Part shown: piece after piece, positions 43,991 through 56,800 of the stretch
Numbering within the stretch: position 1 is the first letter of the stretch
Layout of the letters: every line of letters begins with the position of its first letter
NCBI GenBank assembly: GCA_040954595.2
Contig: CM082581.2
Span: 4,952,699 to 5,016,698, forward strand
DNA from: Balanoglossus misakiensis
Lineage: Eukaryota; Animalia; Hemichordata
Reading direction: 5' to 3'
Length of the DNA stretch: 64,000 bases
Notes under the pieces: generated by a model
What the model was told of the DNA's origin: nothing
The model's database searches: none
What the model saw: only the letters and a program-made list of their open reading frames with translations
Position numbers and translations under genes: made by a program

Positions 43991-46900
43991 TCATGTCTTG
44001 CTGCAGAACAACGCCACCAACGTCACGAAGATGAAAAAGACAGGGTGAACGACAGTTTTGGCAGAGGAGCCGACAAGGCCGCCCTCTCGGTTCATCGGTA
44101 GTGAGCACTGAGTCTGCGTCGTGCTGATGGTACCATTGGTGCGAGGAATCGTGATAGATTCACCTGCAGAGGAATAACAAGGAAATATAGCACACGGTCT
44201 TGTAGGTCACCTAGATCACGTGATCATTCCTTCATTCCTTCATTAATTCATTCAATCATTCACTTATTCGAACTAAAAAACGACATCTCACCTGCTCGGA
44301 AAGAAAAGGACGCCCCCGAAGCGCTGCTCACAGCAAGAGGAAAGTTGCCAACTTTGGTCACGTTGATCAAGATGTTGGCGCTGTCATAACGGAAGTCGAA
44401 CTCCGACTCTAAAAACTCCAAACCACTGAACTGCATATACGATGACAGTGATGGTAAAACGGGATCGAAGTCGAGTTGCTCGTGATTCAGTCGGAAGCCA
44501 CCGTAGCCAAACAGAAGGGTCTGGAGGAAAGCGCCCGCACCGCTCACGTAGTTCACAGCGTCTGCACCGAACGACGAATTGGTCCAAACCTGAAAAGTAT
44601 AACGAGGAGGCGTGACATTTTTACATTTTCAGCATCTGTTCTGTGCATTGACCACTCTCCAAATCAGGCAAATAGACAAAAATTGAATAAAGGCACGGAT
44701 GCAAATTCAATCGTCACGTCAACAATATTCCGTTGTACAAGCATTGTCTATGAATGACAAGCTACGTTAAAACAAACGAAACACTAAAATTACTGAGGGC
44801 GCACATACCGACTCAGCCATACTTACATGGAATGGGTCGAGAGTGTTGCTATAGGTGTTTCTGAAGGCGTTCGCTGCTTTGGTGGTTTCGCCGATTTCCA
44901 GGAACCCAATGGCGAACATAGCAGACGTCGTGTGGCTTGCGGTGCCGCTTGTGGCCTCGCTATAAACATTCAAGTCGTTGGCGCGAACGTCCGGCAACAT
45001 TTGCCACTGAAGAGGATAGCCGAGCAAGATGGCGTCTGCTTCGTTGACAGTCGTTTCTGAGGTTCAAAGTAAAGCAGTATATGAACATGGGCAAGTATAG
45101 ATGGATAATGGTTCGTGTTCTTTAACTGGGTGGCGTTACTGATTGGCCAGATCTCAATTTACCATAGTAACTGTAGCTAAATTTGCAGAGGTGGCCCATG
45201 GTCTCTGTGTGGAGTGACTGTGGGTGACCGTATACCTTTAGTATCCTTGGGTTAGCATTAGCATCTTGTATAAAGTTATTGGGTTATGAATGATCTTCGT
45301 TGATTCGCTACAAATTAAAAAAAAAGCGACGGACTTACCTTTCTGGTAGCCCTCATAGGCGGGATGGTAGAGTTCGTTGACGTCAAACATCTCGGCCATC
45401 TTGTTTGCTTTTTCTTTCCACTCGCTGGGGTTGTCGCTCTCGCCGCTCAAACAATTAGCATAATCCGAGTACCATATAGCTTGACTAGCGCCAGCATTGG
45501 TGTACACCGAGTTGTCGACAGGGCTTTGTGGAAACGTGTCCGGTGAATACACATCTGGAAAATATGAGGAAGAGTTGATGTGAACTTTGATTACTATGTG
45601 GTCGACGCCTTTTCTCGTATACCATTATGCAATATTATTCATGCACTTTCTTGGAACACAGTCATACTTTAAATGCACATATTTCATACTTTTGGCATCA
45701 TTTGGTATTAGTGTATTTATGGACAAAAACTGTCGTTTAATCTTGCTGAATTATCCTTCTATCATTAAAATCATTCGTTGATGTTACAAGTTTAAATGTT
45801 TCATCTGTAGGAGATGGTCGATTGATGGCTCGATAGTTCGACCGGGCAATATACCTACCGTCAATTCCGTAAGCCCCCAATCGTCCATCATAGATTGCTC
45901 TGCTCTGCCAGAAATCTGCAGCATTGTGCATCAGTTCCCGTCCTTCCTCGTTTAACCACTTTGTGTCACGTGATGCCAAGAGATACTGTCGAGCGGCAAA
46001 GGCGACGTCTCCGGTGACGTAATCTCTCTTGGTGTGCAGCTCATTTGTCGCCAGTTCCCGTCCACTCCTTCCCGATTCGTAGGAGTACTTGGTGCCGGCG
46101 AACCCAAGATCCTTGGCAGCGGTTTTGGCCACGCCCATCGTGTGGTATCGGTAGGATAGCATTTCTTTAGCTATGGTGGGGTGAAACATCAAGATTGGCG
46201 GGAACATTTGAATCTCCATGTCGGGCAGAACGTGGCCTTGGAAATCGCTCCCCTGGCCGCCGTTGGCTAGACCGTCGGGACTCACCCCGTAGAACACACC
46301 CCTGGCGCCGTTGGGATCGTCAAGAGTAGGCAGGGAGCTCATCAAGTAGTACATGCTGGTGTATGCGACGTCGCTGATCTCTGCGTTGTCGACATCAACG
46401 CGGCCCCTGGACCACGTATTCGCCCAGGTCTGAGTGTGGTTCTGCAGAAACATTTTCTTGCTATCTGCCGCGCCACTGTGAATCGTCGCTTCGGCGTCGT
46501 CGAAGTCCTTTTTGGCAGCTGCATCGTTAGTGTCGACTGACATGATGTACGTTTGCCATTCTTCTGACGTCGAATGTTGGTTTATGGTGATCGTGTCGGG
46601 AATGTCGTTGTAGTACTGGTAAACGTTGGTTGAGGGTTGTCCAGTAAACTCTTGTATTTTGGTCACCGCCACTCTTTTCCTGCATGAAGAAAACGGATTT
46701 TGTTTTAAATGCAACTTTGTGGTGAAGTTGACGCATGCGTATCAGTGAGCTGCTTGGTGCCGACCGGCTGTGCGAGGTATATTCGTGTGTGTGTACCAAT
46801 CTTGTTCATCGATGCGTCTTTTAAGTACATTTTATTTAGCCCGTTCTCTGCCCTATCTGCAAATTTTAGGTTGTTGAAATGAAGACAATGCCATTCCTAG

Positions 46901-47539
46901 CAAATTATCAATAAACCAAATGTTCTCATCTCGAGAGCGGATTATAATATATATGTCAGATTCGTTTCACATTTGGTGCTGGGTTTGGCCTTCTTCATTT
47001 ACGTGTCTATATGCTCACCAGTTCAAGCTTCCGTATTCGACTGTCGAACTGATTCTGAGATCGTCGCTCTCGTGTCTGGCTGCAGGAATCTCGTTGACGT
47101 TGAGTGTGACGCCCTTTTTGCTGTACTGTCCGTCCTCAGTCTTCTCTCTGTTGAATCGCACTTGTGTAACCATGACCCGTGAATAGACTTGGTGGGCATA
47201 CACGTACATTGTCACCTTACAAACTCGGTCCACCAGGATTTCTTCCATCCACACGCCTACGAGAAAATAGACCATTGCATTGAAAAGATGGTTAATTACT
47301 AGTAAGTCCCATACAGGGAAACATTAATTAGCATGAACTCAAGCAACCACAGACCTGTATCAGGTTTTTATAACTTACCTTTCGCTACATCCAACTTGTG
47401 GGTCCGCTTTGCAACGTTTTCATCATTTGCGTCTGCCATAGTTATGCGAATCGCATTCAACATAGGCACTCTGGCGCGATGACTGCCACCTATTGCAGAG
47501 GAAACAAAGAATGAAACTATCACAAATGTCATCTATCTA

Positions 47540-47623
<84 letters not shown>

Positions 47624-47634
47624 CTATCTATCTA

Positions 47635-47671
<37 letters not shown>

Positions 47672-47680
47672 GTGTATGTG

Positions 47681-47724
<44 letters not shown>

Positions 47725-50700
47725 CGTCCGTCCGTCCGTCCGTCCGTCTGTCTGTCTGTCTGTCCGCATGGGTACAAATGGCTGTTTATCCGTGCAGTGC
47801 GACAGAACAACTAAAACATTCGCCCAACGATACCTTCTTTTCCGCTGTAGAGTCCATTGACGTGCAGGGTATCCGTGTACACCACGTGAGCTATGTGGCC
47901 ATTGCCAACATAGGGTAGATATCTGTAATCCACGCTGCCATTTGTATGAGTTGGTACGCTGAAAATAAATGGCGTATGATTTTAATTTTGCTCAAAAAGG
48001 CTTAACATACATGCTTTGTTTACTTTGAGCCCTCATCTCGCTTGCGATACTTCATTAACTTATTTTCACTTGTTTTATAGAAATATAATAAACGCGGACT
48101 GATTATATTCGTGTGCTGCTCCATTACAATCTATAAACAACAACAAAACGATTACAAGTTTTCTGTTGTCCATAATTTTACATAATTTGTTATTGATTGT
48201 GTTCAGAGTGTGATATTTGGCGATGACACGTGACTCAAATTAAGAGGAATGACACACCCTACTATACTTTTCGCTGTCAGCTTCAATTTACAGATTTGTG
48301 TTTGTTTGTTTTTTAAATTACCACCAGTCACCACCCACGTCGTACAAAGTCCCCTGTTCCGTGGAACATCAAAATGAATCTAGCATTTATAACAAAAAGC
48401 GTACCACAATTAAATATGTGTACTTTCTGAAACTTTTTTTTATTTCATAAAAATTGCTTTTCCCCTCGAAAGCTAAGCTCAATAGTTTTTCACATTTTAA
48501 TGGCACAGATTTGTTTTCTGATATCACTGACTACATCAGTACATCCCTCTTCCTCTTTTCATCATCTTAACCAGAATATATGATAGAGTAAACAAGATGT
48601 CAACACTGAGAATTTGTTCAATATTCCGTGTGGCAAGTCTATTTCGGGTGATATTGTTGTTTTGTGAACTTGTCCTGGCGCGCTCTTTGTTTGATACAAC
48701 TACTTGACCATTGCAAATACCGTGTGTATGACCCGCGGTTTGTTTGGTTTGTGCATTCTTTGGCGCTGAGTACTTGCAGCGTCGGCGACAAATTCCTCGG
48801 TTGTTCGACACGACAGCTTTTACCGTCGCACTACAGATTGACACTTCAATTGTGCGTGTATCGTTGGTGAAAGAAACGCGTGTCTTTATTGGGTCTTGAC
48901 AGACCAAGTGCCTCAACGACCTCACTTTTCAGCGACTGACCTCTCGGACATGATACAACGTTTGTAACACAAAAAGAGAGGATTTCTGTCAACGTGCTTT
49001 GTGTGGTTTAACTATTGGTTTGGGTAACACTTCACGGAAAGTGAACTTATATGTGAAAAGGTTTTCCTTTACTATTGCGCGTGGGTTGTAACGTTTATAA
49101 TTCGAATCTAATCAAATCAAACGTTTTAGTTCATATGTATGTGACGTTGCTACATCCATTTACATGTATTAAAGTTTGCTATGTCAGAGCATGTACTTCC
49201 CGAAAAGGGGTCAATAGATTTATCAGGCTCACATCGTGCGCTGATGCCCAACAGTTACATGGAACAGAGTGCCGTGTTGAAAGCGGATGTGAATCCGGGG
49301 TCAGAATTAACACTGACTTGACACAGTGGAGCACATTCGTCCGACGTCAAATCACAACGAGATGCGAATTACATCATTTCCAGGATAGACAGGTGTGTGG
49401 CAAAAGAGAAAAATGGAAAGTTCACCCGTGTTCATAATGTGAGCTTGTACGTGTCATGAGCGTATTCAAACGGTTTACACTAAATCCAACAAGTGTCCGG
49501 ATGAAAATTCCCTAATTCTGAACTGCATCTCAACATTTTCAAATATGTCTTGAGTCCGCCGTGTTTAGCAATGAATCAATGTACTTCGTGTGTTTGCATG
49601 CGAATGTGTGCGTGCGGATTTAATCACATGCAAAGCACGCACGAGGACACTCATACATGAATTCAAAGTCCTGAATCTGACAGAAGTTGGTCATGTACGC
49701 AGTGCAAGGAATAATTGAATTTTGTGACTCAAGGTCTAATTAAATTTTGCAGTTACCGGGATAACAACAATTCTCCGCAAATTCTTTATGTAAAAAATGT
49801 TCCATGTCCGCTTATCACATTCCAATGGTATAAGCAATTCGGGTGAGTCCCATTTTGCTCCGCCATACTTTCAAAGCGTCATTCCATATCAATAATCAAA
49901 TAGCTAGGCAAAACGTGGGATCTGAAAACACCACATTAAACAACAATTTTCTCTATAAGAAAAACAACTGGTAATACAAGTATTTAGATTCGTTTGTTTT
50001 GATGCCAAGTTTTACATTGCTTATCGGAGCTGTAAGTTGACATGAAATGAAATGAAAATGGGATTGAAGGGAATTCACCCTGTAAAATAAAATTGCGTGG
50101 GAAATGTTGTTTTGATGACTATGATGTTATCTGCTGTAACAATGTCGAGGGGGCGCTTGTGCCAACAATGAGAAATCAAGACGGAATTTCCCTTATATAT
50201 CGGTGACATCACCATTATGAACATGTCGTTTGTCATCAAATGCGTCCATTCTCTTTGGCAATGTCAAGGTAGACTGGCCTTGTTGAAGTTTTTACCTTTC
50301 CTGTTTATAGCTTGTCACTATTTTTAAAATCGTGTATTTCTCAGATTAGCCCACAAGAAATCGTCAGCAGAAGTGTGGCGCTTCGACTGGCTCGCAGCCT
50401 AACAAAGGCTGCCATTTTATCATGGTAATATCATTTACGACCTGGTTAAACATTAAACTGTTCCATTTGTACAAGGCCTTTCATAGTATTTGCACAAGGT
50501 AGCACTACATGTGACAGACTATTTCGAACTGGGAAAACAAAAACGTTTCAAATAATTATGGGAGACGACATTCCATGTATATCCCGACATATAAATCCGT
50601 CCGAAGACGGCTTGTTGTTATTTAGAACGCGCAGTGTAAATAAGGACAACCGCAAACCAGATTTTAAAAGAAATATTCTTCTAGGATACACGAGCGCTTC

Positions 50701-51555
50701 ATGCTGCATTTTATACAATGATTTATTGCCCTTTCGTTGTTGGTTGCACCACCTGTTAGAATTGGAACGGCTACCTGGCCGCCATTTTGGAAAAAAATGG
50801 CGATTTTTGCAACAAGCGCCATCGTGATGTCACTGTTCGGAAACACGCGTTGCGTTGAAGTGTTCCTACAGATAACTAATTACAAACATTGCATAATTGA
50901 CGGAGATACAAATTCAAGATTATCTTATCTCAGGGTCATTCTTCAAAGACCGTGTGGCCGATACCTCACTTGCCTGACAACGGGAATTTGGAATATTTTA
51001 TCATGGCACGCGATAATATCTTTGATAAATTCGATTAAATATCGACGAAAGAGCGTCTTGCGAAGAATGTGAGTTGTTTTAGAGGGCCGTTCATATTTTG
51101 GTTAAACAACGCCCGAAAATTGGCAGAGAATAACGGCTAAGCAATAAATATTTGACAGTTGTAAATCATCGAACTTTGAACTGTTAGTTTATCTGGAAAA
51201 TACAACGAAACTGCACAATTTGTATCGAATTTTTCGTTGTCTGTGTTCTAAATGATGGCGTAATTAGTGATTGTTGCCATAAGATTGATTAAAATGTACG
51301 ACCAGTTAGATATTGGGTATTTTTCAATGAGTCTTATCATAAATCATCATGGCGTCTGCCAGTTTGAAAAAATCATAATGTTCGGAAAACTTACGTGTCT
51401 GTCTCGAATACTGTGGTCGCTAATTCTGAATTGAGAGTTGCTCGCGCCTGCCGATGTTCGAAATTGGCCTGGTCTAGGTCTTCCATCGCTGCATTCTGTA
51501 CGGAGGCGATGGTCGCACTCAAAACCACCAACACACACAAATAAAGCCTGGTCAT
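43991..51555 (-). CDS. GH65 PGGHG-like paralog A, predicted catalytically inactive, with signal peptide and GPI-like tail; 9 exons: complement(join(43991..44163,44292..44589,44827..45056,45339..45554,45859..46679,47019..47256,47379..47489,47834..47958,51395..51555)), about 790 aa
   Basis: Exons translate to GH65/PGGHG-type segments: YVGNGHIAHVVYTDTLHVNGLY, SHRARVP, YTSMYYLMSSLP, GVSPDGLANG...DFQGHV, TGDVAFAARQY, DNSVYTN, ADAILLGYPL, AVNYVSGAGAFLQTLLFGYGGFRL. All eight introns are GT-AG with compatible phases (2,1,1,2,1,1,0,1); 2373 nt total with no internal stop. Starts MTRLYLCVLVVLSATIAS and ends GSSAKTVVHPVFFIFVTLVALFCSKT*. Confidence 0.9.
44224..44261. repeat. Degenerate (CATT)n repeat in the last intron of paralog A
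   Basis: Direct reading. Confidence 0.7.
47531..47766. repeat. Compound microsatellite (TCTA)n(TCTG)n(TCCG)n in intron 2 of paralog A
   Basis: Direct reading. Confidence 0.97.
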
Positions 51556-51819
51556 TTTCAGCGATCTCTCCGCGCCAACCCTGGAACCAACTTGTGGAGG
51601 ATAGTTTCCAAATGACACGCTATATGCGTTCTCTCTTCAAGCGAGTTGTCGTTCACCCGACCTGTTGTGAAATCTCCAGAAAGCGCGCGCTTGGCCCGTG
51701 AGAAGCCTCCCTTGGTCGACGATAAAAATACCTGAACCCCCAACCGTCTTGGACAATTTGAAATCATAAAGTGACTATCAAGACGAGGGGTGTGTTGTAA
51801 ACGGTGACATTTCACCTCA

Positions 51820-51865
51820 AGTGTGGTGACGTCATCGCCACTTGACCGGAAGCCGTGCGGGGGTG
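51820..51865 (-). promoter_or_regulatory. Candidate proximal promoter of paralog A (CRE and ETS motifs)
   Basis: Perfect palindromic CRE TGACGTCA at 51827-51834 and ETS core CCGGAAG at 51846-51852, about 270-300 nt upstream of the ATG. Motif match only. Confidence 0.45.
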
Positions 51866-53806
51866 AACTTTTCCTATTCTGTATTCAGTTCACTTGTTTA
51901 TTGAGGTTGATAACCATCGAATTATTGATATACAGCCAATAAAAGTTGCATTTTTCTGGCGCTACGAACACCTTGATAAGTTGCAATCACACAAACAACC
52001 ATATCAGTATTTTTAAAGTAACCAACATCGTGAAGAAAACGCAATTAACGTACAAAACCTGGCTCCATTCCTATGAAAACGCGGGAATGGACTGTTTTGC
52101 ACGGCATGCAACTAACTGGTTGCACTTAGCAAACACGCCGTGTTTAATAATTAATCCGTTCGTCGTGCAATATATCTAATTATATCAACACATAACGGGG
52201 ACATTTTGCATGGAGCTGTCAATAACGTCACTGTTCTATAAACATGATCCATGGCATAGCTGGCATGACAGAAATTGCACCATAGCTATGGCCTATGGGC
52301 GCATTTTATAACTCACTCAGGCTATACCTGACTTTCTACATGTGCAAATGTACGCCATGACCCGGATGTTGTTATCCTTTCAGCAGGATCTTGTGTTTTA
52401 GACCGGTATTTCTCATGTTCTAATTCGTTGGATATTTCGTTCGATATTCATGTATTGCTGAAATCTTTGTCTGACTATGACACGCAAACGTTGTGGGCGA
52501 TAGACGGATTTATAGCCAATAGTTTAAAATCTGATTTATGATTTGCCGAAATGATTTCTTTTTGTTGTTTCTTGTAATATTCTATGAAGTCGACATCGAT
52601 GGAAAATAAAATGTCCCTCTAAAGGGAACGTCCGTTGAACGATTTATCACAGTGACTATATATACGTGTGTTATTATCGTCATCTTTATTACCATGCATT
52701 TTAGTTTTCCATGTCTGGTGTCAAATGCAAGCAGCATTTTCAGAAACCGCACCTCTTCTCTAGGTATATCTAAATATCTTACGTTATGATAATTTCATGA
52801 CAAGAATGTGATTTATTTGTTTTATTTAAAAGTTCATTGAAACAAATGAAGCATACAAAATCATTATGACGAGAGAAAAAACGTGAAATTAGATAACAGC
52901 CATGGAATTCGAATCAATGTTGCTCATTGGACCCTGTGATCTAATTTGTACTTTTTACATTCTTTTCAACAACACATCGCTAAAAATATGAACTGTTGTA
53001 TTTGCCAGCTTTATAGTTGCCAAGATACAGTTTCCTTCTCAAGTGTACTGCATAATGCAACCAAAATCCAATCAATTCAATTCTATAACATCGATGTACT
53101 GCTTACTTCATGAGACTGTATACATGAATATATGCCTGCTTTTCGACTGCCAGCTAAAAAATCGCAATCACTTGTATATGGCAAGGCGTCAGGCCAGGGA
53201 AAAGTTTCAATAAAACACGCGACACCTTTAGTTTTATTCTACACACATTCTTGTACCTGGCAGACTGACATAAATTCAAATGAGTTTCTGTTGCATCTGC
53301 AATTCGAATGACTTGGTCCCATGAACTTCGCACCGATTTTGTTTCTCGGTTGTGGAAAAAGTACAAACTAAAATAAACTGTCAGATACACATCAGCATGT
53401 CTGGAAATGACGTCACACGTGACGCACGATCGGTCCGTGAGCTGTTTTGTTCAAGTCATCAATATCTTTCTTGGATTTTTGTCCATCGTCTTCTTTTTCC
53501 TTTTTTAATTTTTTTTTTCAAAATTGGCCAAAAAACACCAATTCTGGAGATGAAGCAGCGCTTCTTCAAGACTGTGACCACACATTCCCCGCATACTATC
53601 CATCTTTTTATCAGCTGTAATATCTAATTTTTAAAAATTTACACCATGTTCACAGTCTTTCTCTCATTGTGTTCTTCCCGTTCATCACGTCGACATCTAG
53701 AACGAGACCGTGACATCCCTCCGGGGGATAAATTTCTATAAAAAGTTTTCGAGTCAGTTTTGTGTCTGAAACACTTGGTTATAATTCGATTCACCATGTT
53801 GTTGAT

Positions 53807-56800
53807 TCACACAGTCTCGCCTCCTGTCTTCTTTGGGGGCTTGGAGTTGACGAAAAGCGTTCGATCCATTTTGTCAATGGGTGGGTCGCATGGTATCTTC
53901 GTCTCGGAAAAGACTGAGCCAGAAGTACGCTCAAACTCTATTATTTCACCTGGAAAAAACAAGCAAAGTGGGCATGTATGCGTTAACTAGTATTCGACTG
54001 AAAATGTATTTAGTTATACCAGGGAAGTGGACTATACTCCCGTCATTTTAATAACTGGACCGCCTTGGATTGTAACACGAGCATTCTAAACGAGACGAAA
54101 AGCGTTTGGCCACCCCTCCCCAAAACGAATTTTTGAAAGTGCGGAAAGGCGACGTAGACGCATCCGAAATACATTGCATAACCACGAATGCTTGAAAGTG
54201 CGGAAATTTGACGCAAGGCATCCAAAATATAACCACCTGTTGCACACATTCTGTGCGATGTAACAATGAAACGTTCTGTCTTGTTTTTTTCAATCAAATC
54301 ATAAAATGTTTGACAGGTTTCAATATTTATTACTAGCGGCTGTATTGACTCCAGTGTTTGCCCATTCATGCCGCGGGAATATAATCACTTGAAACAATTT
54401 TTTTGGCGCGGGAAAATGTCAAGGTCCCGAAGTGGAACCTCACACAAGAAGAATACATTGTCCCTGTCCAACTTTTGCAGAGCCAGAAATCGCCAGTGGA
54501 GATTCTGGACTATGTCCAACTCAGCAAGGTCGTAACTACTTGCACAAAAGCAAATGTGGCTTTGTCGACGACGAGTTGTGTTTTCCCAGGCGATGGACCT
54601 TGTACCCTGAAAAAAAGCTATGTGCACCATGTAAATATAGTCTGCTCGCGCCACTGAAGTAGTACGGCTGCCTTTAGTGACAGTGCATTATAGTCAAACG
54701 ACGTTTATCAGGCCATGCATGAAGTCTGTTGATAGGGTGCAGTGAATGTCCTCAAACCGCATGATTAACTGGATAGCGCGCACTGAGATGTACAGAGCGA
54801 ATAATTTGACATAATTTTTGTGTATAAGAAAATAAAACATTGAACAGCATAATTTTGCACTTCTATTGCAAACTCATCTTGGTATAACGATGGAAGCAGT
54901 AAATCACCAAATAACATATGATGTTAATGACTGTAAGCTCATTATCTCGATATATTTTGCTGTTAATTACAGATTTCTCTTCCCACACCCACATGCAATA
55001 CATACCTTTGATGAACGTAAACTCTTGACCCTGAAGTGTTTTCACTTTAATTGTATGTTCCGGATCCACGTCGTCCACCTTAATGCTTATTAATTTCTCC
55101 TCGAAAGCGAAATCGAAAACGGATCCAAGATATTTCAAGCCCTTAAAATTGACCGACTTGACGTCCGGCGGCAGTACGGGGTCAAAGGTCAGTTCGTCGA
55201 CGCGAAGTCGGAATCCACCATAGCCAAATATGACTGCTTGTAAAAATCCTCCCATGCCAGTGATAAAGTTGACTGCGCCTATGCCTTTCTGGGCTTCCGT
55301 CCAAATCTGAAAAAGAAACCCAGAAATAAAACACTTTTATTGTTTGTTTATTCGTTGAATACATGTACCTGGCATATCCAACGAACGTAAACGAAAGAAA
55401 CCGAGCCTCTCGACGGTATCAACAGTCATGTTTTAGGGCGGTGATAAAGGGCGACCCCAAGTGGTCACACCAATAACAGCATTTGTTCACAGTGGAAAAA
55501 CAAACCGAAGCCATGAACACGGTTGTTCCCAGGGTCCCAACGACGTACTGCAGTTAACTTCGAACGGAAAGCGTTAACCAGTAGTGTATACACGATATAT
55601 GAGTTAGCTTCGCCTTAATCCGTGATAACGAAAATCTTATAATAAAAAGGCTGAAGACGATTTACTACGTGGTATATAGCATTATTGAAAGTTCGGAAAA
55701 TCTCGCGAGATGTGAGTGTTGAAGTCTACTGACCTTGAACGGTTCTCGTACATAGGGCCGGAAGCTCCGTTTGAATAAATCAGCAGCCTTGTCGTACTGC
55801 CCCAGTTCCAAGTGACCAATGGCAAACATTCCCCACGTCATCGCTGGCCCCCTGCTATCCGTCACCTCTTCGTACACATTCAGGTCATTCCTCCGCACTT
55901 CCCGTTCTATATCCCACATCAATGGGAAACCGGCTAAGATGACGTCAGCTTGTTTAATCCGAGTACCTACATGTATGTCGTTTAGATAAAAAAATACATG
56001 TAGCGTCGTTTATGCAAAATTATCGATTTCATAGAATCTTGTGTTTTGAATGAACAGTATGAACATTATTTCTGTTTAATAAACCACCACAGTTCACCGA
56101 TGTCCAGTATTACAGTAACGTAAGCGATTTCTACTTTAAATGGGGCCAATCACAGCCTCAGGCCAACTAAATCTGACCGTTAGTGAGGCAAAATCCCAGA
56201 GCCGATGAGATATACGAAGGAAGGAAGGAAGTGAAACGTCAGCGAATCTTCTTCGTCTGATCAATCAACTCGGCTTTGCTAGATCGGCCCATGAAGGAGG
56301 GCCCGAGGAAACATGCTTGGTGCGTGAAGATGACGAATCTAAACTCTACACGTCTGTCTACTCACCGACGACGTAATGCTCATGCTCTGGATGATAACTT
56401 TGCTTGTAATCCATCACCTGTACCAGCCCCATCGCCTTCTTCATCCAATCTTCTGGTGGAGGCGAGGCGCCCGCTACGCACTGAAGATACTTGGCGTAAG
56501 ATATTGTCTGGCACGCGCCGATGTTGGTGTACAGAGAGTTCGATACATTTTTGGCATATTCGTCGGGGCACATCACACCTAGAACGGTAAATTTATAGAA
56601 TGTGTCAGACAATTGCCACAAGTATTAAATTAGATGCAACGGATTTCGAAGTTGTAACCACACCCTTGTTGTTTAATAGTTTTATATAACACAAACGTTG
56701 CAAACCTTTAATATCCCAGGCATCGATGTCGGCTCTGTGGGTGACTCTGCTCTGCCAAAAATCCGCCATGTCGTAGACAAACTCGCGCCCCCACTCGTTC

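Noticed and set aside
48728-48800. Plus-strand MTRGLFGLCILWR* resembling the signal-peptide exon of paralog A
   Set aside because: Similarity is limited to a few codons, it is on the opposite strand and it stops immediately; indistinguishable from chance.
43991-51555. Calling paralog A a pseudogene
   Set aside because: No frameshift, premature stop or broken splice site in nine exons; substitutions cluster at the active site.
53807-53818. C-terminal ETV of paralog B as a class I PDZ-binding motif
   Set aside because: With the predicted type II or secreted topology the C-terminus is luminal, so it could not reach cytosolic PDZ proteins.
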